From Callorhinchus milii (Eukaryota), in the NCBI RefSeq assembly GCF_018977255.1, contig NW_024704772.1, positions 1,550,001 through 1,614,000 of the forward strand: a stretch of 64,000 nt of DNA. The letters run 5' to 3'. The position numbers and the translations under genes are program-made. The notes under the pieces are model-generated. The model saw only the letters and a list, made by a program, of their open reading frames with translations. It did no database searches and had not been told where the DNA came from. Shown one piece after another: positions 12,301 to 24,961 of the stretch. The stretch's first letter is position 1. The number at the start of each line of letters is the position of its first letter.

Positions 12301-13865
12301 GGGGGGAAGGGGAACGATGACGGAAATCGCGCTGTCGAGCCGGGGAACAGAGACGGCGAGGAATCTGAAGGTGAGACGTACAGAGACGCACCTCCTGGGA
12401 AGATCTTGTTAGCGTTCAGGATGATGGGTTCCATCACCGACACCACTTGGACGGAGGAAGCTGATGCCATATCAGCCAGTGAGACAATCCTACAGCACGT
12501 AACACACAGCGTCCTGGTCAGTACAGTATTTCCCACCCAACTCTCTCTCGCTCTCCCCCCACTCCACTCTCTGCTTCTGCTGATCTCCATCCCCGCCTCC
12601 GATCTCACTCCTCTCTTTCTCTCTCACACGAGGGCTCAACTCTCTCGCTCTCCTACCTTGTCTCTTGTCCTTCTCGCTCTCTCTCACACGCACTCTCTCC
12701 TCTCTCTTCTCTCCCTCTCAACACACCCCTCCCATCTCTCTCTGCCTCTCTCACACCCCCTTCCCTTCTCTCCCACATACACGCACTCCTTCTCCCTCTC
12801 TCTCTCTCTCTCACATTCCCCCCTTACTCCTCTCCCCCTCCCTCACACTCCCCCTCTCTCTCTCTTAGACAGCGAGTCGCTGTGAGTTTCAAAGAGTGGG
12901 GGCACTGAGGTCAAAGGATCCGACATGGTGGCCAAGTAGGCGGGTGATCTCTCACCCTCAGCCCGACGTTTGACCTACTCTGACATTTGACCCACCCTTC
13001 ATTCTGGGGCCAGAGCAGGTTGGGGCCGAGGACGATGGCAATGTTACTGGGGCTCATCTTGTTCACGTCCTGATCCTCTGCCAGCCTCGCCAGGAACTTA
13101 ATCAGGTACCTGTTTGCCAACAACAACAACAACAGCTTGCCTTTACACAGCGCCTTTCACGCGGGACAGGGTCTCGGAGCGCTTGACAGACACGGGGTCA
13201 GGCGCTGAGTGAGGGAGAAGTGGGGAGGTGATCGTAGGAGCTTTTTGGGAGGGATATAACGATAAGAATTAATGATAATCCTCGCATTTGATACAAGGTC
13301 TTATCACGTCCTCGAGACCTCTCGAAGCGCTTCGCAGAATATACTGTAAAGTGTAGTCACTGTGTATTTCGTGGGCGAAACGCAGCAGCCAACTGCGCAC
13401 AGCAGTGTCCCCCCGAACAGTCGTGGATTGAATGACCAATGGAAGACAGCAAGTTCTGGTGTGGGGGAGTGGGGGGGCAGTGGGGGAAAGGGAGTGTCCG
13501 ACACTCGCTCGGGTGTAACCCATTACCGCAGGTTTGAGTAATTCCCTCGGGCAGTTTGCTGCACACATCTCGAAGTCTCTCCACCTTAGTCTCCTGGTCT
13601 TTCTCACTGCACAGGGAAGAGAACAGAAGAGGAGCTGCAAGGCTCCCATTGGGAAAAGAAAATGCAACAGTACAATATAGATTTAGATTTATACAGCGCC
13701 TATTACCTTGAGGGTATGTCCCAAGGCGCTTCACAGGACATACTGTGATCTGTTGGCACTGTCTTTGTAGGTAAACACAATTTGAAAGAAAGTGAGAGCA
13801 AAACAGAGACTCAGAGAGCGAGAGAGAGCGCGAGCGTGTGAGAGAAGTGAGAGCAATCAGGAGGC

Positions 13866-13901
<36 letters not shown>

Positions 13902-16900
13902 CACAGAGTGTGAGAGATACTGAGTGGGTGACACAAAACAAAAGCAATATGGAGACAGCTTGTGTTTTTGGTGAGGCAGAGCAAAAAGAGTTTGTGAGAG
14001 AAAGTGAGAGACGGAGAGAGTGTGCGCGTGTGTGTGCGTGCGTTCGTGCGTGTGCGTGAGAGACCGAGAAAAAGAGAGAGAGCATGAGGAGAGTGCAAGA
14101 GAGGAAGTGAGAGCTAGTGGGAGAGCGAGAGAGCGTGTGAGAGGGAGAGAGAGAGAATGAGAAAGTGCCAGAGAGAGAGAGAGAGAGAGGGAGCTCCATT
14201 TCCTACCTTGCAGCTTCAAACCATTCGTCGTAGAGATTGAATGTCATGAGGGGATGGGGTAACTCTCTGAGGTAGGACTTCAGGGCACCTGATTGCAGAG
14301 AGAAACCTGCTGTTAGCTCCTGCTTTTGCCTTCCTCTCAACCACAACAACAAATGACATTTACACGGCACCTTTCACAGCAGGAGGACAGCCCAAGGCGC
14401 TTGGACAGTCAGGGATCCGCACCCGAGCTGGCGGTTGGGATCAGGAGGGGCGGAGGGCGGAGGGCGGGGAGGGTAGGGGTAGGAGGGCGACCGAAGAGAA
14501 GGGTATTGAAGAAAGAATCATGTGGCTTTTGTAGCAAATAGGTGGCCTTCAGCCTCTGAGTCCCCACCTTCTAGAACTCCATCCCATAGTCCCTCCGCCT
14601 CCCTCCCTCCCTCCCTCGCCTCAAGACCTTACTCTTTGACCATGCCTTCGGTCACCCTCCTACCCCTACCCTCCCTGTCTCTGCTGTTGGTGAGGCGATA
14701 GATCTTACCGGCCACAGCGTGGGGGTCATATTTGAACTCTTCCGGGTTGAAAGCACCACTGTCCAACGACGATTTTAATTGTTTCAGCACAGAAGCTGCA
14801 GGAGCAAGTCTGAATAGACCCTGTAATAGGTGGAAAAAACAAGTTAAATAGATAAATAGTCATAATAATAATATTTCCATTTGGTACAGCGCCTTATCAC
14901 ATCTTCGGGGCTTCTCAAAGCGCTTCACAGATGATACTGTTGAGTGAATTGACCTGTGTATTTTGTGGGCGAAACGTGGCAGCCAATTGCGCACAGCAGC
15001 GTCCCCACAAACAGTCGTGGATTGAGTCACCATATTAATATTAATATTTTTTAAGGGATTATTACTCCCGGAAAAGCGATCCGCCAATCGACTAACAACC
15101 GACCTCACCTCTTCCTTCATTCCTTTCTCCAGCAGCATCATCACACAGGCCTCGATGGGGAGAGCAATCTGACGCTGACAGCTCTCCAGATGTTCCTGCA
15201 GAGGTTTGCCAAAGGCAGCCTGCCTTCCGTTGCGCTCTTCACACCAATCAAAGGCATTAAATAATAATATTAATAAGATAAATTCTTACGTTTGAAGTGT
15301 AGTGACTGTGTATTTTGTGGGCGACGAGGAAGCTCACGAGGCAGGCCTTGAAGGAGGCAGGGGAGGGATGGGGGAGAGGCGGAGGTACTGGGGATGGTGT
15401 TTTAAAGGGCGGGGGTTGATGCAGGGGAGAAGGGAACAGAACGAGCAGAGACTCGTGTGAAGTGTGGAAACATCAGCACGGACTCAGATGGGCCAAATGG
15501 CTCATTTCCAAGCCAGACAGTCTGTAACTCTACGTGATGCTGAATCGCAGGGTGTAGGCGCTCGCTGGGAGACTCGCCTGCTGCATTGGGGGCAGATTTC
15601 AACCCGGGCATCAAGGTGTCGAGCACTTTCAGCGACTTCCTGTGATAGTCAGCCTGTGCCTCTAGCAGCTGAAAGAGAAATAAAACAGAGAGAGACACTT
15701 ATGTTACACAGCGGTACCAACGAGAGGCTGTGACCACAAACCTAGATTCTGAAAATACAACAATAACAACAACTTGTATTTATATATAGGGTCTCTCGCA
15801 CCGGCCCAGAGCACTCGAAAAATTTGTCATCCTTGCATTCGAGGTAGTGACTTACTTATCATGTTGTCGAGACGTCTCAAAGCGCTTCATGGGATATACT
15901 GTAAAGTGGATTGTCTGTGTATGTTGTGGGTGAAACGCAGCACCAATTTGGTACAGCAGAGCCCTTCAAACAGTCGTGGATTGAGTGGCCTCGATGGGGA
16001 GAGCAATCTGACGACCAAAATTATTACACTCCCCCACCCCACACCCCCCACCCCCTCCGGAAAGCGATTCGCTAATCGACTAACGCCCGTGTTCCTGCTC
16101 GGTAAACAGAGGCGCGTGGAGTAGGGAAACTCGACTAAGTAAATGGCGTACAACCGCACAAAAGTCTTGACTATGTTTGAAAGTCGGTTCCTTTTCATTA
16201 AAATAGATCTCTGCGGCGGCCGAGCGCTCACTGGGTTGGAGGAAAGCACAGTGAGTGCACTGACAAAGCTGTCTCTGTCCGGCTCTCACTGTGTGTCTAT
16301 ATCCAGAGCATAAACCACAGGGCAGGTTCAGTCCACTGAACCCTGTGAATGGATGAGGAGAGCAGTGTCAGAAACCCGTCGGACCAAATATAAAATACTT
16401 CCCTCTCACACACACACCACCACCATCACCACCACCACCACCCCACCCACCCACCGGCCCACCGACACACACAGCACAACCACCACCAGAACGGCATCCT
16501 GTGGCGGGATGGGGTGGGGGGTGGTGTGGGGGGTGGGGGGGGAGGGGGGGGGAGAGAAGGAAAGGAAAGGTGGGAGATTGGTCACACAGACACAGACACA
16601 CACACGAATGAACAACAGCAAACTGGATTCTTTCACGTAAAGGGCGGGCGGGCGGACAGACGGACGCACAGTCGGAAGGTCGGATGGATGGATGGATGGA
16701 TGGGTGGGTGGGTGGGTGGGTGGGTGGGTGGGGAATTGGGAGTCCTGTGGCTGTGGCGGTCAGAGCGCTCACCTCGCAAAGGAGAGGACCCGGTGGGGCC
16801 GGACAAAACCTCGGGCAAGTTTCTCACTCCGCCTTTCAAGCGGGGCAGTGTCTCGGAGCGCTTAACGGTGGCCGGAGCCTGACGCCGAGCCGATGGGAGA

Positions 16901-16933
16901 GGGAGAGAGAGGGGGGGGGGAGAGGGAGGGGGT

Positions 16934-16969
<36 letters not shown>

Positions 16970-19900
16970 CGCATTCCAACAATCTATCTCCGGGATTTCC
17001 GCGCGTCTCAGTGGGAGGCAGGGAATTCCCAGTCCGCTTCGGAGACTCTTAAGCCACGGTGACGGGTTTCCGCACCTGTCAGACGCCCGGCCGGACCCCC
17101 CCCCCACCCCCCCAAAAAAATTGCTGTCGCTCACCGATAGGAAATAGTTGGCATATTCTTCCTCCTTACTGGCGAAGTGATAGAGGTCAGCGGCGTATTC
17201 ATCCTGAAAAGGCAACGCCGTTCACTAGTGGTTCATCTGAATGATGGCGTCTCTGACACCCCAGTCCTCCCCCCGCTCCCCCCCACCCCAGCCCTCCCCC
17301 GCTCCCCCCACACCCCAGCCCTCCCCCCGCTCCCCCCACCCCAGGCCTCCCCCGCTTCCCCCCACCCCAGCCCTCCCCCCGCTCCCCCCCACCCCAGCCC
17401 TCCCCCGCGCTCCCCCCCCACCCCAGCCCTCCCCCGCTCCCCCCCACCCCAGCCCTCCCCCCGCTCCCCCCACCCCAGCCCTCCCCCGCGCTCCCCCCCA
17501 CCCAGCCCTCCCCCCGCTCCCCCCCCACCCCAGCCCTCCCCCCGCTCCCCCCCACCTAGCCCTCCCCCCTCTCCCCCCACACCCCAGCCCTCCCCCCGCT
17601 CCCCCACACCCTAGCCTCCCCCCGCTCCCCCCCCACCCCAGCCCTCCCCCCACCCCAGCCCTCCCCCCGCTCCCCCCCACCCCAGCCCTCCCCCGCTCCC
17701 CCCCCCCACCCCAGCCCTCCCCCCGCTCCCCCACCCCACCCCAGCCCTCCCCCGCTCCCCCACACCCTAGCCCTCCCCCCTCTCCCCCCACACCCCAGCC
17801 CTCCCCCCGCTACCCCACACACCCCATCCCTCCCCGCGCTCCCCCCACACCCCAGCCCTCCCCGCGCTCCCTGCTCTCCCCCCACCCCACCCCCAGCCCT
17901 CCATGCTCTCCAGCCACCCCCACCCCCCAGCCCTCCCCGCTCTCCCCCACCTCCCAGCCCTCCCCGCTCTCCACCCTCCCCAACCCCCAGCACCACCGGC
18001 GCTCCCGCCCTCCCCAACAGCAACAACAACAGTAGCAGCAACAACAACAGCAGAAACAGCAGCAACAACAACAGCAACAACAGCAACAACAACAGCAACA
18101 ACAACAACAGCAACAGCCGCAGCAGCAACAACAACAACAGTAACAAGTTGCATTGATGTAGGTCCCTTCACGCAGGGCAGTGAGAATATTGAACTGCTAA
18201 CGTGGAGGCTTCAGCCGAGGAGCTGCGCGAGGAGCCCGGCCGAGAGGCGCTGAGTGACGGGGGGATTCCATGGCCGTACCTTGGATTGTTCCACTTTCCT
18301 CCAGGCCTCGTCTGCCTCCTCTCGGAGCACATCCACCTTGGCCCCCGCGCAGGGCGTGCTAGCCCCCGGACCCCCTGATTTGGTGGCTTGGCTGAGCCTA
18401 CGGCAGGAGGACAGGACAAGGTGCTCTGGTCAACATTCACCAGCTCACTGACCCCGACACCCACACTGACACCCACACTGACCTCGACACCCACACCCAC
18501 ACTGACCCCGACACCCACACTGACACCCACACTGACCCCGACACCCACACTGACACCCACACTGACCCCGACACCCACACTGACACCCACACTGACCCCG
18601 ACACCCACACTGACACCCACACTGACCTCGACACCCACACCCACACTGACCCCAACACCCACACTGACACCCACACTGACCCCGACACCCACACTGACAC
18701 CCACACTGACCCCGACACCCACACTGACACCCACACTGACCCCGACACCCACACTGACACCACACTGACCCCGACACCCACACTGACACCCACACTGACC
18801 TCGACACCCACACCCACACTGACCCCAACACCCACACTGACACCCACACTGACCTCGACACCCACACCCACACTGACCCCAACACCCACACTGACACCCA
18901 CACTGACCCCGACACCCACACTGACACCCACACTGACCCCGACACCCACACTGACACCCACACTGACCTCGACACCCACACCCACACTGACCCCAACACC
19001 CACACTGACACCCACACTGACCCCGACACCCACACTGACACCCACACTGACCCCGACACCCACACTGACACCCACACTGACCCCGACACCCACACTGACA
19101 CCCACACTGACCCCGACACCCACACTGACACCCACACTGACCTCGACACCCACACCCACACTGACCCCAACACCCACACTGACACCCACACTGACCTCGA
19201 CACCCACACCCACACTGACCCCAACACCCACACTGACACCCACACTGACCCCGACACCCACACTGACACCCACACTGACCCCGACACCCACACTGACACC
19301 CACACTGACCTCGACACCCACACCCACACTGACCCCAACACCCACACTGACACCCACACCGACACCCACACTGACACCCACACTGACCCCGACACCCACA
19401 CTGACACCCACACTGACCCCGACACCCACACTGACACCCACACTGACCCCGACACCCACACTGACACCCACACTGACCTCGACACCCACACCCACACTGA
19501 CCCCAACACCCACACTGACACCCACACTGACCTCGACACCCACACCCACACTGACCCCAACACCCACACTGACACCCACACTGACCCCGACACCCACACT
19601 GACACCCACACTGACCCCGACACCCACACTGACACCCACACTGACCTCGACACCCACACCCACAATGACACCCACACTGACCCCGTCACCCACACTGACC
19701 CCGACACCCACACCGACACCCACACACACCCGCAGCCAAACCGTGCCACAGCACAGTCACTACACCTGGCACTGTAACACACGCTGCTCACCTGTTTTTG
19801 GCCCCCGTCCAGTCCAGTGTCACTTTGGCCAACTGTTTCTTGTGTTTCAGAATGTTGGGCAACTCGTCCTGAGATCAGAGGGAAATCAACTCAGTCTTTC

Positions 19901-22900
19901 TCATCTTTAGCTCATTTTATACTCAGTCTCACTCTCTCAGTCACCAGTTCAAGCCTGAGCTCAGTGACGAGACTCTTCATTTGTTTTCATTTCATTATCA
20001 TCCATCCCTCCCTCTTTTCTTTGCTCCTTTTTTTTCCCAATTGCTCTCTCTCCCACTCTCACTTTCTTTCTTAAACACAGAAAACAGTCACGACACTTTT
20101 GCAGCACAATTCTGAGACGTTGCAATGCCTCCGCAAAAATATAATACCGATAATTTTGGTCTCTCGATCCGTGACTGTTTGCGGGGACGCTGTTGGGCGC
20201 AATTGGCTGCCGCCTTTCGCCCACAAAATATACAGTCACTGCACTTTATAGTGTTTCCTGTGAAGCGCTATGAGACGTCTCGAAGACGTGATTAGGCGCC
20301 GTATCAAATACAACGACTGCTATTGTTATAGCTTGATAAGGGGAGAGGGACAGGAGGAGATTTGAGAGGAAAGTCAGAAGGGCTAGAGCAGCGTTGTGAT
20401 CATGATACGCTGTCACGTGCGAACAATTATCAGGAGGGAGTTAAAAAGGAGACGCCAGGGGTATTGGGGAAAGAGCAGGGGGAGTGGGAATGGTTGGGCA
20501 GCTCTTCTGTGCTGTAATATTCTATGATTTACAGTGTGCGAACGTACTGAGGTCTGAAACAGGAAGGGGAAAAAAAAACTTGCTGTGCAAACCAGTATAA
20601 ATAGCTGGTTGGCTGGACTCGGAGACAGAAACCACTCTGCACTGTACTTTCTGTCCTATATTTAGTGTCGAGCTTTGGGGTAGAGAGGGGGAGGGGAGGG
20701 GAGGAGGAGTCGGACATATCCTTGGTTAACCCAACACCAATTCTGTCCATCCTCACATGAAGCTCAAACATACAGATGTTCCTCTCCCCAACCCTCCTCC
20801 TCCTCCTTCTCCCGACCCCTCCTCCTCTACACTACACTACGAGACTCCAACCGAAGCATAATGGGGACTGCACAGTGAGTTTAATGGGACTCCTTCCTTC
20901 CCCACGTACCCACCTCCCACCACTCCCTCTCCCCACTCCCTCCACCTCCCTGTCCCACAGCCCTCATCCACCTCCACCTCTCCCCCACCCCACCCTTCTC
21001 CCTCCCCCTCCTCCTCTCGTGATCGTTCACGTCCAGTACCTCAGACAACTTGAAGAGAGGATCCAGGACATCTTTCTCCACCTGGAGCTCATGCTCTGCC
21101 AGGACCTTGGCCAGGGTGCTTTCTATGAAACAGCAGACTTCCAGGATCTTTCTGGTGTTCAACAGTGACAGAGAGGGAGAGAGAGAGAGAGCGAGAGAGG
21201 TTCAGCCCATCACCAGCACACAGCGAATTCAGGACAATCGCAGACAAAATAAATGGATTAGATTGGGAAAGCGGAGGTTGGATTTTTTATTTGGTCATCC
21301 GAGGGTCTGACACTCACGGAAGCCCATCACCATGATCAGCCAGGCGTCTGACACATGCGGAAACCCATCACCGTTGTAAGCCGGATGTCTGAGGGAGTGA
21401 GTGAGTGAATGAGTGAGTTAGTGAGTGAGTGAGTGAGTGACTGAAGGGTGGGGAGTGGGGGATTGAGTGGAGGACTAACTCACCGAATACTGGACGCAGT
21501 GTCGAGTTCCCTGCAGCTATCTTCCATGACGTGGGATAACGACATGAGAGGCATCTTTTTCTGCGAGGAAACCAAATTGACAGCAACGTGATGTGACCTG
21601 AGGCGAGTGGGCAAACTGACATCCCCGAGAGCAGAGGAGACTCAAGAAGGCTGGACTGATGGGAGCGTTCAAAACAGACAGAAGAATTGACTAGTTAGAG
21701 AAGGGGGGGGGGGGCGGGGGGAGGACAGGACGAGACAACAAGAGGGATGGGTGGGGGGGAATGACCTTAAAGCTGTCGCAACTGATCGTGATGGAGATTT
21801 TCTCACACAGACAGACACTTGTGTGAGATGTGTGATAGATGGTTGAAAGGATCGATAAGAGATTGTTTCATGGACAGAGATTTGTGTCGTGGAGAGACTA
21901 TGGGGGGGGGTATGGTGGTGGGAGGGAGGGTGGTGGGGGGTAGTTGGTGAACGAGGGAGAGAGCGGGGGGCTTTGAAACACGCTTGAGTGGCCCGTTTCC
22001 CTACGTTCCTAACGCAGGGTCAAAGTTTACTCACCAAACGCTTCTCCAGGTCGGAGCCCTGCTGGCCCTGCAGACAAGCCAACAGCCTCCGGTGTGCATT
22101 GTACATGGCTCGTTTGGTGGGCTCGATCCGGTTCTCATACTGAGTCACAGGTCAAAAACACATCAAAAAAGGGGGAGACGGAGGTCAGTTCGATGAATTG
22201 CGCGCGCGCACACACTCACATACACGCACACATGCACACGCGCATACAATCCATCTCTCTCCGTACTGTAGGCGCACACACACACACAGCACTGTCCCAC
22301 AAACAGTCGTCAAATCGATCCCCTCAAACGGCCGTGAAATCGAAGGCTGATTTTTTTTAGAGAGAGAGAGAGAGAAAAACTCCCTTGTGTTTTTCAACAG
22401 GAGGGTTTTAAGGTCAGCTTGAGCAGGGTGCAGATGGGGAGTGAGGTTTAACGTCTCCTTGACCAACGACTCGCTAGAAGGCCGGCATCCCTGACCATGC
22501 GAGGCTCCCCCTCCCGCCCCAGACTGTGAGCTCAGCGTCACGTACCTGTACAAGGTCTTCGCTGAGTAGTTCTGTTGTCTCGCTTCTGGAAATGAAGAAA
22601 GATAGAAAGAAGTGTAAAATGAACGACGAGATTATTTCCAAATGTAATGTAACCTCCTTCAACCCTACAGAGTGCACGGTCCCCCTCCCACCCATTCCCC
22701 CCCCTTCTTCCCCCCCTTTTCTCCCCCCACCACTTTGCTCCCTTCCCTCAGCGTAAGCAGGATACGTCCCTCCAGGGAGAGAGAGAGAGGGAGAGTGTGT
22801 ATTCCATTCCAATAATCTATAATAATAATAATAATCCTGGCATTTGCTATAGCATTTCTCACGTTTTCGAGACATCTCACGTTTTCGAGACATACTACCA

Positions 22901-24928
22901 CTTTGCAGTATATTCACAGAATATACTACAAAGTGAACTGACTGTATATTTTGTGGGCGAAACTCGGCAGCCGATTGCACACAGCAGCGTCCCCACAAAT
23001 GGTCGTGGATTGAGTCATCAAATTATTATCTTTTTTTTGAGGGATTATTATCCCCGGAAAAGCGATCTGCGTCATCGACTAATAACCAAATTCTTACTTA
23101 CTTACTTACTATCTCCCTACCTACCTGCCCGTACCCTCCGTTCCTCCGGCTCCGGTCTGCTCCACATCCCCCGCCTCAACCGTCCTACCATCAGTGGCCT
23201 TCAGCCTCTCAGCCCCGAGGCTCTGGAACTCTATCCCCAGTGCCTTCACCGCCTCCTCCCTTTCCTCCTTCAAGGCCGGTCTCAAGACCTTTCTCTTTGA
23301 CCGAGCCTTCAGCTCCCCTCTCGACTCTCTACCCCTTCCTCGCTCCCTCCCTTCCCTCCCCTCACCCTGATCATTCTCCCCCCCCAATGCTCGGGTCCTG
23401 ACCTAACCGTACAGCGCCTCGGGACGTCCTCCCGACGTGAAAGGCGCTCAATAAATGGAATCTTGTTGTTGTTGTTGTTGTTAGGTAAACAGAGGCGTGT
23501 GGAGTAAGGGAACTTGCCCAACATTTCGCCCTGCTGGGAATCGAACCCCGGTCTCTCGCTTGCGAGGCGAGTGCTCTAACCACTGTGCGAAGCTGAGATG
23601 CATGGAATTCTCAGTTTGGTTTGGAGACTCTTTAAGCAACGGTGATAGGTTTCGGCGTTGTGTCAGATACTGGGCCAAACTCCCCCTCCAAAAAAAGGCT
23701 TCAGGAGAACTGAGAGCTCATCTTTGGGAACCGAAGACATGGCCATTCACTTATAAGCAGAAGCGAGAAATTATGAGACCGCACGAAGAGAAGGAACACT
23801 CTCAAATTCTCTCACATACCCAACAAGTCAGGGTTCAGTCAGTAGCTGACCCACACTTATAGGAAATAAAATACACTTTGCGCTCATACAGCACCTTTCA
23901 CTTGGGAGGATGCCTCATAGGGCTCACCGGGATTTCACTGTAAAGGGTAGTGACTGTGTATTATTGCATGTGAACGCAGCAGCCCATTTCCACTCCACAC
24001 TCCCTCTACCCCGCTTCCCGTACCCTTTAATCTTCCTCCCCTTTAAAGGTCCATCATTTAAATGTCGGCCTCCCCAACTCTTCCCTCCATGGGCTGCCGA
24101 TCATCCAGAACTCCAGCCCGCAGTCCCTCCACCTCAACCCTTCCCTTGCCTCCTTCAAAAGCCGACTCAAGACCCTCCTCTTCGACTGTGCCTCCCCTCC
24201 CTGCCCTCCGCCCTCCCCGATCCCGACCCCTGGCTCGGGTCGGAAATATTGATGGTCCAGAGCCTTGGGACGTCCTCCTGACGTGAAAAGAGCTAAACAA
24301 ATGTAATCGTGTGGTTGTTATTGTGTGACCCTCAATGTTAGAGGAAAGAGCCTTAAAAAGAGACTTCTTTGGGGATATATTGGGGACCTACAGAGTGCCT
24401 TTTACCTTGGGAGGTCTCCCAAAGCACCTCACAGCTAAAGTAAGGATAAGCAAGACTTTAAAGGGAATTGAGAAAGGAAAACCAGAATAATATTTTCACA
24501 TCCGCTTGGACAGCCGGAAAAGAGAGAGAGGGAACCTCAGGACAGGTACGAGGAAGTATTTCCTGACACGTAGAGAGAGGGAGGGGGCATTAACGACAAT
24601 AACAACAACAACAACATTGCATTTGTACAGTGCCTTTCACGTCGGGAGGACATCCCAAGGCGCTTAACAACTGTAAATGGGGAGGGCACTGGCAAATGGG
24701 GTCACGTTTACAAGAACCGCACCTCGATGCTGCGATGGAGAGCTAATAATAATAATCCTTGCATTTGATGCAGCGACTTATCACGTTTCTAAGACGTCTC
24801 CTGTATCACCGGATGCACTGTATAGTGAAGTGACTGTATATTTTGTGGGCGGCACAATTGCACACAGCAGCGTCCCACGAACAGTGGTGGGTTGAGAGGA
24901 CGCAAAAAGCGCTATATCAAATGCAAGG

Positions 24929-24961
<33 letters not shown>

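Noticed and set aside
18014-18145. Poly-Q/poly-T coding tract
   Set aside because: It lies in SH3BP1 intron 7 with no flanking splice signals.
18168-19791. Long ORFs of 194-448 aa (VSVGVG / VWVS / CGCQ / PTLT repeats)
   Set aside because: They are translations of an intronic hexamer array within SH3BP1 intron 6, with no evidence of an independent gene.
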